In this document: positions 19,037 through 27,670 of the stretch, in pieces
How the letters are laid out: every line of letters starts with the position of its first letter
Numbering within the stretch: the stretch's first letter is position 1
Assembly: GCA_041660745.1 (NCBI GenBank)
Contig: JBAZVT010000003.1
Span: 1,880 to 65,879 of the forward strand
DNA length: 64,000 nt
Direction of reading: 5' to 3'
DNA from: Minisyncoccota bacterium
Lineage (GTDB): Bacteria; Patescibacteriota; Minisyncoccia; Phycocordibacterales; JBAZVT01
Translations under genes and position numbers: made by a program
The notes under the pieces: model-generated
What the model was told of the DNA's origin: nothing
Seen by the model: only the letters and a program-made list of their open reading frames with translations
The model's database searches: none

Positions 19037-19924
19037 TTAATCAAAAAACTTTATGAGATAGGAGTCGATTTCTCGTTGATCCATATCGTAAAAATTCTTT
19101 TTATCTCGGTAGAGTTTTTTGGCGAGACTCTCTCCGACATATCTCCAATGCCAAGGTTCATATTGATAATAAGCATTGTTCTGCGGGTATGAAAGTATAA
19201 AACCATATTTATAGGCATTATCTTGAAGCCATTTGTATGCAATCGTTCCATCAAATTGAGAATAATCTGAACCTAATTTGGCGGTGGTGAGATCAACTGT
19301 TGTTCCGAGTTGGTGTTCAGAATATCCCTGGTCTGCAGAGAATTTATTCGCGCCCGCACCATAGATCACTTTGTAGCTCGAGTTTAGTGAAGTCTGTTCT
19401 CCAAAAGAGCGGTATGCAGAGATGATTCGTAAGTCAGTCCCTGTAGCTTGTACGTCCTCTAGCATTTCTTTTAGGTGGGGCCAAACACCAGATAGTATTT
19501 CAAGGGGGCGTTCTTTGTTGTTGAGATATTCGGTGGAGATTAGCCGCAGTCTTTTGGGTGTGTAATGTTCGTTAAGAAAAAATACTTTTGAATATTTTTG
19601 TAATAATTGTTCGTCTATTGCGTTAAGTTTTTCTAACTCACTAACAGAGCTAGAAATATCTTCAATCTGTTCATTAAAAAGATTGTTCTTCTCTTGTTCG
19701 GTAGCAAGGGCCTCGCTTAGATTAAACTTATCGGTTTCAACTTGGGTCAGTTTTTCGCTTAGGTCTCTATTGAGCTGAATTTCTGCTTGAAGCGCTTGGT
19801 GAGTGTTGCGTGCGATCAAATAGTAGCGGACTCCTCCCACAGCACATAACACAGTAATCCCAATAGTTATAGGGAACACAAAATGCTTATATTTTGAAAG
19901 GGATTCTGAAAAAGATGGGTTCAT
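19037..19924 (-). CDS. D-alanyl-D-alanine carboxypeptidase, VanY/peptidase M15B family, with N-terminal TM and coiled-coil
   Basis: Zn-binding motifs SGYRSF-like (ISAYRSFGEQ), HQLGTTVDL, EPWHWRYVG. Confidence 0.8.
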   Translation of the reverse strand: MNPSFSESLSKYKHFVFPITIGITVLCAVGGVRYYLIARNTHQALQAEIQLNRDLSEKLTQVETDKFNLSEALATEQEKNNLFNEQIEDISSSVSELEKLNAIDEQLLQKYSKVFFLNEHYTPKRLRLISTEYLNNKERPLEILSGVWPHLKEMLEDVQATGTDLRIISAYRSFGEQTSLNSSYKVIYGAGANKFSADQGYSEHQLGTTVDLTTAKLGSDYSQFDGTIAYKWLQDNAYKYGFILSYPQNNAYYQYEPWHWRYVGESLAKKLYRDKKNFYDMDQREIDSYLIKFFD

Positions 19925-19961
19925 GGGTAAGATTATACCATAAATACTGCTGCTTGTGGTT

Positions 19962-20129
19962 TTAGCCGTTACTGAGCTTAAACCCTAACCAAATGCCCCC
20001 AATCCCACCTACTGCGGAGAGCGTGATTGACCACATGGAGAGAAATCCCGCCCCCCAGAGATTTGGTACGTAGCTACCAATAGTAGAACCCACAATCATT
20101 CCGATCCAGATGAGAGATTTTGATTCCAT
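19962..20129 (-). CDS. Small (55 aa) membrane protein, GlsB/YeaQ/YmgE (transglycosylase-associated) family-like; absent from the ORF track (<60 aa)
   Basis: Reverse complement translates MESKSLIWIGMIVGSTIGSYVPNLWGAGFLSMWSITLSAVGGIGGIWLGFKLSNG*: two Gly-zipper helices typical of this family. Confidence 0.45.
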   Translation of the reverse strand: MESKSLIWIGMIVGSTIGSYVPNLWGAGFLSMWSITLSAVGGIGGIWLGFKLSNG

Positions 20130-20165
20130 GCGGATAGTATATCAAAAAATTAGTTCTTGTGTTTT

Positions 20166-21134
20166 TTAACTTAATATAATATTAAATATATAGCCCGTCG
20201 CAATAATCCCTGTAGCGACTATGCCAGCAAAAATGAGAATAAGTTGGGTTTTCATAACCTTCTTTAATATGATAAATTCGGGTAATGATAGTGCGGTGAC
20301 TGACATCATGAACGCCAACGCTGTCCCTACACTGACTCCCTTTTCCAAAAGAACACTCACAAGAGGAATGATGCCTGCCGCATTTGAATATAGTGGTATC
20401 CCTATAATTACTGCAACAGGGACGCTGTACCAGTGAGATGAGCCAATAATAGCAGTCAGGGCACTCGCTGGAACATAGCCATGAATAAGTGCTCCCAATC
20501 CGATGCCGACCAAGAGATAGGGCCAGACTTTTTTGATAATACCCAGTGTGTATTCGGAAGCAAAGTAGGCTCGTTTGGAGACGCTTATTTTTGTTTCTTC
20601 AAAATGAGCTGAAATTTTTTGTTTAAACACAAAGTCTTCGATGAGGTTTTCTGGTTTTAGGCGTCCAATGATAATACCACTCAGTATCGCGATTATTAAT
20701 CCTGTGATGACATAGAGGAGTGCAATTTTCCAACCAAACATTCCCAATAGAAGCACAAGAGCGACTTCGTTAATCATTGGAGATGATATGAGAAAAGAAA
20801 ATGTTACTCCAAGTGGCACCCCTGCCTGTATAAAACCTAGGAAAAGGGGAATAGCACTACAAGTACAGAATGGAGTAATGATTCCAAATAAAGACGCCAA
20901 GATATTACCAACGAATTCATTTTTTCTTACGAGAATACTACGTATTTTTTCCGCGGGTATAAAAGTTCTTACAAAAGAAATGGTGAAAATGATAATGACG
21001 AGCAGGAGAAGTATTTTGATTGTGTCATATATGAAGAAGTTCACAACGTGTGCAATGTGTGTTTCTGTCTGGATGTTTAAAATAGTAAAAGTTAGAAAGT
21101 CTGCAACAATTTTAATAGGATAAAATATGTCCAT
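20166..21134 (-). CDS. ArsP-like / DUF318 (YraQ) family permease
   Basis: Multi-TM; ITPFCTCSAIPLF matches the TPFcSCS motif of ArsP organoarsenical permeases. Sits in an ArsR-controlled redox cluster. Confidence 0.7.
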   Translation of the reverse strand: MDIFYPIKIVADFLTFTILNIQTETHIAHVVNFFIYDTIKILLLLVIIIFTISFVRTFIPAEKIRSILVRKNEFVGNILASLFGIITPFCTCSAIPLFLGFIQAGVPLGVTFSFLISSPMINEVALVLLLGMFGWKIALLYVITGLIIAILSGIIIGRLKPENLIEDFVFKQKISAHFEETKISVSKRAYFASEYTLGIIKKVWPYLLVGIGLGALIHGYVPASALTAIIGSSHWYSVPVAVIIGIPLYSNAAGIIPLVSVLLEKGVSVGTALAFMMSVTALSLPEFIILKKVMKTQLILIFAGIVATGIIATGYIFNIILS

Positions 21135-21146
21135 GTAAATAAATTA

Positions 21147-21389
21147 TTAAGCAGACTGTTGTAAAATTATATTTTTTATTTTCTCCATATCCGCCGTTGC
21201 TCCAACCAAGACAACCTTATCGTTAATGACAAGCACGGGGCTCTGTAAAAGTCCCATTGCCACTATTTTCTGAATATCGCTTATATATTCGATTTCTGCC
21301 GTAATACCCATATCTCTTACGGTAGTTTGTACCAACTCAAACATTTTTTTACATGTAGGACATCCTGAACCAAGCACTTGGATTTTCAC
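21147..21389 (-). CDS. Thioredoxin-fold redox-active disulfide protein (CPTC motif)
   Basis: MKIQVLGSGCPTCKKMFELV: small Trx-like protein usually paired with DUF318 permeases. Confidence 0.7.
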   Translation of the reverse strand: MKIQVLGSGCPTCKKMFELVQTTVRDMGITAEIEYISDIQKIVAMGLLQSPVLVINDKVVLVGATADMEKIKNIILQQSA

Positions 21390-21401
21390 GAGATATAGAG
21401 A

Positions 21402-21641
21402 TTATTTAGCGAGTAATGATTTAAATACTTCTGGTTGAAAACCAACAATGATATTGTTATCTATTTGAATTACAGGCACGCCCATCTGACCGCTTTTTTC
21501 TACCATTTCTTCACCAGCCTTTCTATCTTTGCTAACGTCAATATCTTCAAAGGGGACATTATTTTCTTTAAAGAAATCTTTTGCGTAAACACAGTATGGA
21601 CATGTTGGCGTTGAATAGACTTTTACGGTGTGGTTTTTCAT
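21402..21641 (-). CDS. Glutaredoxin-like protein (CPYC active site)
   Basis: VKVYSTPTCPYCVYAKDFFKENNVPFEDIDV. Confidence 0.8.
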   Translation of the reverse strand: MKNHTVKVYSTPTCPYCVYAKDFFKENNVPFEDIDVSKDRKAGEEMVEKSGQMGVPVIQIDNNIIVGFQPEVFKSLLAK

Positions 21642-21670
21642 ATTGTTTTTTAATTATTGTTAATTTGTAA

Positions 21671-21943
21671 TTATTTGTATTTACAGATCAATTTTTTAAG
21701 ATCTGATACAAAAGGTTTGTCGGGAAGTTGATAAAAAGTACATTTGCCTTCTTGTGTGGGGTTAAGTAAGCCGTCGCGTTCCATAATGTGTAAGTGATGG
21801 GATACAATTGCGACGCTCATGGCGAGTTCTTTTGCAATGTCTGATACGCAAATTTTTTTATTATTAAAAATAACGCATAGAATTTTTAGACGGTTTTCTT
21901 CACCAACAGTCTTTAGTGCTTGTGCTAGTTCGTTCAAATGCAT
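21671..21943 (-). CDS. ArsR/SmtB-family metalloregulator
   Basis: HTH_ArsR: NRLKILCVIF...ICVSDIAKELAMSVAIVSHHLHIMERDGLL. Confidence 0.85.
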   Translation of the reverse strand: MHLNELAQALKTVGEENRLKILCVIFNNKKICVSDIAKELAMSVAIVSHHLHIMERDGLLNPTQEGKCTFYQLPDKPFVSDLKKLICKYK

Positions 21944-21990
21944 GTTTGAATGATATACCTAATAGAAAAAGATGTCAACAAAGTAAAAAC

Positions 21991-22027
21991 TCACACAATC
22001 TACAAATTGTGTGAGTTTTTTATTAAT
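21991..22027. terminator. Rho-independent terminator
   Basis: aaaaaCTCACACAATctacaaATTGTGTGAGtttttt. Confidence 0.6.
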
Positions 22028-23066
22028 TTTTGTTTAAAGTTATTTCTGAAGTTTTTTCTGGGGTTATAGTATTCTTGATAATATCCCAGTAGGTTGAGTC
22101 TCCTTTTTTTGTTTTTTGCCAATACCACCATTCTGATCCCCACATATAGACTCGCGATGCTCCAACACGGCGAGCGTAATTAATATTTTTTTCTAATTGT
22201 CGCGGATTCATTGTTTGTTCTTGTGTAGAAATGTCTGTGGTGAGGGGGGATCCATTATGAAACCATGGTTCACCTTGCAGTTCTGAAATAAAGAAATTAT
22301 CAAAACTGTTACCAAATAAACGTGCTTTTATTCGGTAAAGTCCTGCGGGAAGATAGTCGTAGTGCCACACGAAGCCGTAGCGAGAAATGATAAGTCTGTA
22401 TAGCGTTGAGCCGAGGATGTCTCCTGTTTTTGATGCTGAATACCATATAGACATCTCACCACTGTCCGTCATAACAATTTTACGGGTGGGATCCAATTGT
22501 CGTACGAGTGCGACTTCACGTTCAACGAGTGTTTTGTCAAAGGCATCGCAATCGCCAAAATCAAATTTGATAAAAGGCTCGTTTTCAATTTGCCAGTATT
22601 CTATGGATGGATTATTTTTGTATCTTTCAATCGCGTGTTGTATATAAGAGAGTACTTCTGACTGTCTTTTTTCTTTACTAAGTTCTCTTGCCCACTGGGG
22701 AAAATAACATTCTGGCCACCGGGGTATTTTTTGTCCGACGACAAAAAGAATTTTTGTATTATGTTTTCCCGCCTCATTCACAAGATAATCTGTTTCGGAA
22801 AAATCAAATGTTCCTTGTTGGGGTTCGAGCTTATTCCAGGGAGCGGATAAGCGTATCATTGTGGGTTTGAGGTCAGCAAGTATTGCTTGATATGTTTCTT
22901 TCCAGTCAAGGCCGAGAGACTCAGCGTATTCTGGACTGAAACTTACGCCAAATCGGGTGTTGGAGATATTATAAGAAAGAGTCCATAGAATCCCATATAT
23001 AAGAATGAGTATACCTATCAGTATTACGAGTATTCTTTTAATATATTTTAAAATTTTTTTATACAT
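22023..23066 (-). CDS. Membrane-anchored glycoside hydrolase, clan GH-A (GH5/GH113-like)
   Basis: N-terminal TM; WQIENEP (catalytic acid/base NEP motif of clan GH-A TIM-barrel hydrolases). Confidence 0.5.
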   Translation of the reverse strand: MYKKILKYIKRILVILIGILILIYGILWTLSYNISNTRFGVSFSPEYAESLGLDWKETYQAILADLKPTMIRLSAPWNKLEPQQGTFDFSETDYLVNEAGKHNTKILFVVGQKIPRWPECYFPQWARELSKEKRQSEVLSYIQHAIERYKNNPSIEYWQIENEPFIKFDFGDCDAFDKTLVEREVALVRQLDPTRKIVMTDSGEMSIWYSASKTGDILGSTLYRLIISRYGFVWHYDYLPAGLYRIKARLFGNSFDNFFISELQGEPWFHNGSPLTTDISTQEQTMNPRQLEKNINYARRVGASRVYMWGSEWWYWQKTKKGDSTYWDIIKNTITPEKTSEITLNKN

Positions 23067-23083
23067 ACTATGTTAAATCAGCT

Positions 23084-24004
23084 CTAAAGAAATAAAAGAC
23101 CCGTAACGATAAGTACTATTGCTAGCGTCTGCATGATAAATTCTTTTCGAGTAAAATCTTCGGAGAATATTTTAGGGCGCATTTTTGTAAGAAGAAATAT
23201 AAAAATAAATACAAGGACATATTGTAAGCCAGCAAGCGCATTGACGATTGCCACACTTCCTATTGCAATAGCGTATTGAATACAGAGGGTGGAAACAATC
23301 CCAAGAGTTTTTGTTGTTGCAAACTTTGTGATTGATCCTTTTTGTTTTTCTACAGGTTGTTGCTGTGACTGTTCTGGAATGGCAACTTTTTTGTTGAATA
23401 TTTGTTTTCTAAAGCGGGGAATTAAAATAATGGCAATACCAACAATTCCTATTGAGCTTTTTGTCCAGATGAGTCCATTAATGAAGGGGTAGAGGGTGTA
23501 GATGTGTTTTGCGGAGATGTGTGAAAATGCAAATAGTAATCCGGAAATTATCGCCCACAGGAAGCCAAGATAGAGACCTTTTTCTCTATTGCTTTTTTCA
23601 TAGGAAAGAAAAAAGCTTGCGCCAATGAGAAGGGTGAGTCCTATTTTTTCATGCGGACTAAATGATGTGTTGAGTACAAAATACGAAAGAATAGCAGTTG
23701 CGACTGCGACTACCGCACCGACAAGTGGTGTAAGGTGGCTCGCTTCTCCGTGTCTGAACGCTATGTACATGGCCCACACTCCAAGACCGAAAGATATACC
23801 TGAGCCGAGCGACCACAACAAGTCTATGTTGTGTGGAAATCCAAAAAACGGTAGAAGGACTACAGTTATTGCTGAGAAGATTGTTGTGTAAAAAGCATAT
23901 ACTGCCGGATGTTTGAAGTTTGTTGTCAGAATACTTTTGTCTAATATTGAGACAAAAGCTAGAGCTGCATATCCGACAGATGCAAAGATAAATGAAGTGA
24001 TCAT
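23084..24004 (-). CDS. Polytopic membrane protein, EamA/DMT-like transporter
   Basis: ~10 predicted TM helices in two halves; no catalytic motifs. Confidence 0.45.
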   Translation of the reverse strand: MITSFIFASVGYAALAFVSILDKSILTTNFKHPAVYAFYTTIFSAITVVLLPFFGFPHNIDLLWSLGSGISFGLGVWAMYIAFRHGEASHLTPLVGAVVAVATAILSYFVLNTSFSPHEKIGLTLLIGASFFLSYEKSNREKGLYLGFLWAIISGLLFAFSHISAKHIYTLYPFINGLIWTKSSIGIVGIAIILIPRFRKQIFNKKVAIPEQSQQQPVEKQKGSITKFATTKTLGIVSTLCIQYAIAIGSVAIVNALAGLQYVLVFIFIFLLTKMRPKIFSEDFTRKEFIMQTLAIVLIVTGLLFL

Positions 24005-25356
24005 AAGAAGTGGATATCTTGTATCTCTGTTTTGGTGCCTTGAGTAACGACGTTTATAATATTTTTTGTGCCATGTTTCGGACCATTCAAATAACCGTCC
24101 AGCGCTCCTTCAGCGAGAAGTCCTGAATTAATCCAGTCAAAAAGCCATTGGTGGGTATATCGTGAATCATCCTGCTGGAATCCAGCACCAATCATTTGCA
24201 ACCAAGATTTGTTGAATGTTTCTTGGGATCCGACAGTTGGTGCCATGATGATTGGAAGTCCGAGTCCTGCGTAAAATGAAAGCTCGCTCGGTTTTGTCCA
24301 GAGTAGATCAGTTTCTTGTAGGATCATGTCGAACTCCTTGAAATATTCAAATTTGTTTTGGTTGTATATAATCTGTATTCCGTTGTTATAGAGATCTTTT
24401 AAATTATTTTTTTCAATTGCTTCTTCAAATTTTTCTTTAATTATTTTTGATGAGCCTGCTACGAGATTTATTTTGATGGCCCCTTTTTTAATAGCTTCTG
24501 ATAGGGATGAGAGAACTTGAATACCGATTTCACTCTGTGCTCCAGCACCACCAATAGCGAAAGTGATTGTGATAGGAGTGTTGTCATATATCGCTCGCTT
24601 GATTTTTCCACAGTGTGCAGAAATAGTTTTGTTGAATTTTTTTTCAAAAATACCACGTGGGTCAAGTTTAATTATTCTGCGAGAAAGAGCCTTGAGTAGA
24701 ACATTGTCAGTATCGTCTGTTCCAATAAGTTCTTCAGGAAGCGGAAAACCAGTCACAATTATTTTTTGAGAGTTTACGCCATACATCTGTAATCGTTCTT
24801 GCACTCGGCGAGTTGGGGCAAGATAGGTAATTCTGCTTGTCTCTGGATTTAAAGGTGCCCACGCACGAGAGATATCGGTATCCGTGCAAAGACAATAGAT
24901 GTCACCGGCATATCCATGTTCTTCGGCAAAAAAGGCTGCAGTAAAAAATGTCGCCACAAAAGGGAGGGGTTTTTTGTTGAGAGTATCTATCAGATCTTTT
25001 CCAAAACCTTTATGTATTGCTCGGTATGTTTTTTGTAGTTGGGCTGTTGGTTTTGAAAGGTCTCGTTTTGGGTAAAACTGTTCAATCGTCTGAAAGAAAT
25101 CTAAAATACCGAAGATTATTTTCCCAACAAGAGGAAAACTCGTCATTTTGGAAAACCAATTATATCTTTTTTCCATTGTGTCCCAGATAATTTTATCGCT
25201 TTGTGCAATGCCGGGATAATTGTTTGCTGCGATAATCATGGGTTCTTTTATATTCCACTGTGGTGGTGTGGTTGCAATTGAAAGGAGGGGAAAACCGGCT
25301 CGCTGGTGTCCATATCCCATATCAACAGCGACTACGTATACATGTTCATGTTTCAT
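24001..25356 (-). CDS. Glycosyltransferase, GT28 / MGDG-synthase (UgtP-like) family
   Basis: N-terminal VAVDMGYGHQRAG and C-terminal GT-B nucleotide-binding half (GAGFQQ..). 451 aa; overlaps downstream gene by 4 nt. Confidence 0.6.
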   Translation of the reverse strand: MKHEHVYVVAVDMGYGHQRAGFPLLSIATTPPQWNIKEPMIIAANNYPGIAQSDKIIWDTMEKRYNWFSKMTSFPLVGKIIFGILDFFQTIEQFYPKRDLSKPTAQLQKTYRAIHKGFGKDLIDTLNKKPLPFVATFFTAAFFAEEHGYAGDIYCLCTDTDISRAWAPLNPETSRITYLAPTRRVQERLQMYGVNSQKIIVTGFPLPEELIGTDDTDNVLLKALSRRIIKLDPRGIFEKKFNKTISAHCGKIKRAIYDNTPITITFAIGGAGAQSEIGIQVLSSLSEAIKKGAIKINLVAGSSKIIKEKFEEAIEKNNLKDLYNNGIQIIYNQNKFEYFKEFDMILQETDLLWTKPSELSFYAGLGLPIIMAPTVGSQETFNKSWLQMIGAGFQQDDSRYTHQWLFDWINSGLLAEGALDGYLNGPKHGTKNIINVVTQGTKTEIQDIHFL

Positions 25357-25792
25357 ATAGATAGATTATAGCAAGTAATCTATCTGTTGTGCCATGATAT
25401 AACTGTGAATAATAGAGCCTGTTTACAATCTAATGTTTGAAACAAAAAAGACGAGCGAGTTTTGGAAAACTCGCTCGTCTTTTTTGGTATGTAATAATTA
25501 CAAGCTGAATGTGGTGCCGAGGAAATATGGCCAAAGGATAATGGCGAGTACTCCTTTCCAGAAGGCGAGGTGAAGAAAGCCTATGGTGAAAAGCCATGCT
25601 CCTACCCATAATAACCCCGCACAACCACCTTGATTGACGTTTATTTTTTGCATGGTTTCAGTGTATAATTTTTTTATGTGAAATGAGGGAAGAGTTTTAT
25701 TGCTATGGTAGGATGAGATAAGTATAAAAAATCCGTCGGGAACCACTTGGTGGTTCCCGACGGGGTATTGGCTGTATGCCGAGATAGGGGGG

Positions 25793-26392
25793 TTACCCAT
25801 GCTTGACTTGCGGAGTGAGGAATCTTTGCCCGCTCGCTTTTTTCTGACGCATCCACTTCGTGATCATCCGGTCGTAGTCCGAGGTAGCTGCAAAGACCTT
25901 GATCACCAACCTCTCGCGCTGGTCTTCCGAGATAGCGCCGGTTACAGTCAGTGATGCAACCACCCACTCATAATCGGTAGGATCAATGACCGGGATTGTC
26001 GAGATCCCGTTCTTGGACGCTGCGCGGATGAGCGAGGGGCCGCCGATATCAATCTCCTCAATGTCAGGTTTGTTCTTGAAGTCGTACAGATTGACCACGA
26101 CGAGATCAATCAGGTCGATGTGGTGCTCGACGAGCGCCGCAAGGTGTGCGGGAATGGCTCGTGCGGCGAGTATGCCGCCGAAGATGTTTGGATGGAGTGT
26201 CTTGACACGGCCGTCCAGCATTTCGGGAAAGCCCGTGACCTGCTCAATCGGAGTTACCTCGATGCCGACTGCCCGCAGTGCTTTCGCCGTCCCGCCGGTA
26301 GAGATGAACTCCCAACCTAGGGTGGCGAGCGGAAGAAGTTTTTCCAACCCACTCTTGTCCGTAACCGACACCAGTGCTCTTGGCATTGCCAT
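25793..26392 (-). CDS. Standalone IMP cyclohydrolase domain of PurH (MGS-like fold); AICAR-transformylase half absent
   Basis: MAMPRALVSVTDKSGL...STGGTAKAL...GFPEMLDGRVKTLHPNIFGGILA...VVNLYDF...IDIGGPSLIRAASKN aligns along PurH residues 1-199. High GC (~55%), adjacent to IS481. May be a truncated remnant. Confidence 0.65.
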   Translation of the reverse strand: MAMPRALVSVTDKSGLEKLLPLATLGWEFISTGGTAKALRAVGIEVTPIEQVTGFPEMLDGRVKTLHPNIFGGILAARAIPAHLAALVEHHIDLIDLVVVNLYDFKNKPDIEEIDIGGPSLIRAASKNGISTIPVIDPTDYEWVVASLTVTGAISEDQRERLVIKVFAATSDYDRMITKWMRQKKASGQRFLTPQVKHG

Positions 26393-26479
26393 GAGAACTC
26401 CTTTTTAGGATTTTCTGCCACTGAAAGCCGTGGCCGCTTAACCGTTCTGAATGTAAGACTACGTATTTAATTTTTTATG

Positions 26480-27529
26480 TCAAGATTTTGTACTCGTCCA
26501 CCACATATGAGACTCTGACGCTGGTAATGTAGACACAATATACCTCAAAGGAGATACAAGACCAAGCGACCAATGAGGACGCCTAGTGTTGTACCAAAGT
26601 AACCAATTAATGAGAGCTTCATTAAAAGCATCAATGTCATGAGCTAAAAGTTTTCTGTTTCTGTTAACAAAAGCTTCCACAACAGTTCGGTTGAATCGTT
26701 CAACTTCAGCGTTCATTTTTGGCGATCTTGGATATGTGTGAAAATGAACGATGTTGTTCTTTTCAAGCAGAACGTCAAAGTGGTCAGCAAACTCACTACC
26801 ATTGTCTGTTTGCACATGCGTAACAGGAAGTGGTGCAACATGTTTAAACTTCATCATGAAGTCAGCAGATGCTTTTGATGAATGAGAAGTATACGCATAT
26901 GCAAAAGCAAATTTTGATTCGCAATCAATACCAGTGAGCAAATATCTTTTAATACCATCGGTGAAGCGGATGACCGAATCTGCTTTAACTAGTCCTCCTT
27001 CGTGACCTTTAGAACGCAGTTTCTTGCGTTTAACTCTGATTTTCTCTCGAAAGGTATCTGATTTTGCATAGTATGAAAGTTTCGTATATTTTGGAAGTTT
27101 TCCTTGTTTCTTGAGATCATTTAACATTCGACCGACAGTAGATGCGGAGAGATCGGCAACCTTGTCTTCTTTCATGAGTACCGCCAGTTTGTCTTTGGAA
27201 AGTCTTGGATCATTCTGGCGTTCCTTGAGAATGAAATCTTCTACAACTTTTGGGATGACACGTTTTCTTCTTTGTTTAGGAGCAGTACTTTTTTTGTTGA
27301 GAAACTCCAGTTTTCCCATACCATCTCGAAGTTCTTTTTGCCAGCGAAAAAGAGTTGGTCTTGAAATGCCAAAGGCTTCTTTAGTGGCAGTTGTTCCATA
27401 CTTCTCCCAAAACGCTAATATCCTGCACCTTTCTTTTGCGGTTTCGCTAATCATATACTTGAAGCGTATCACACGCTCCCAAGTACTAATGAAGCCCTTT
27501 GTTCCTCTAAATTTATTGAAAATGCGCAT
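26480..27529 (-). CDS. IS481-family transposase (HTH + rve DDE integrase core)
   Basis: N-terminal HTH, then integrase core (THVQTDNGSEF...YNTRRPHWSLG) characteristic of IS481/IS3-like rve transposases. Confidence 0.85.
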   Translation of the reverse strand: MRIFNKFRGTKGFISTWERVIRFKYMISETAKERCRILAFWEKYGTTATKEAFGISRPTLFRWQKELRDGMGKLEFLNKKSTAPKQRRKRVIPKVVEDFILKERQNDPRLSKDKLAVLMKEDKVADLSASTVGRMLNDLKKQGKLPKYTKLSYYAKSDTFREKIRVKRKKLRSKGHEGGLVKADSVIRFTDGIKRYLLTGIDCESKFAFAYAYTSHSSKASADFMMKFKHVAPLPVTHVQTDNGSEFADHFDVLLEKNNIVHFHTYPRSPKMNAEVERFNRTVVEAFVNRNRKLLAHDIDAFNEALINWLLWYNTRRPHWSLGLVSPLRYIVSTLPASESHMWWTSTKS

Positions 27530-27560
27530 ATGAAAACTCTAATTAAAGAGTCTCATATGT
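26503..27560. mobile_element. IS481-family insertion sequence (~1.06 kb) with perfect 14-bp terminal inverted repeats
   Basis: Left IR acatatgagactct (26503-26516), right IR agagtctcatatgt (27547-27560), enclosing a single transposase gene. Confidence 0.7.
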
Positions 27561-27670
27561 TTCTGAACTTATGCAGGTTATGGCAAAAAACGCCTTAGCA
27601 GGAGAGCCCCAAGACTAACTGTTGAAAAAAGCCTCAAAAGTGCTAAGGTGTATACATACAAACTTATACC

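Noticed and set aside
25986-26408. Plus-strand ORFs (25986-26408, 26120-26320) and other antisense ORFs overlapping purH-IMPCH, eno, gpmI, the 916-aa surface protein, the giant effector and so on
   Set aside because: They are antisense to well-supported genes with clear homology. They have biased low-complexity composition and no motifs, so I treat them as spurious shadows.
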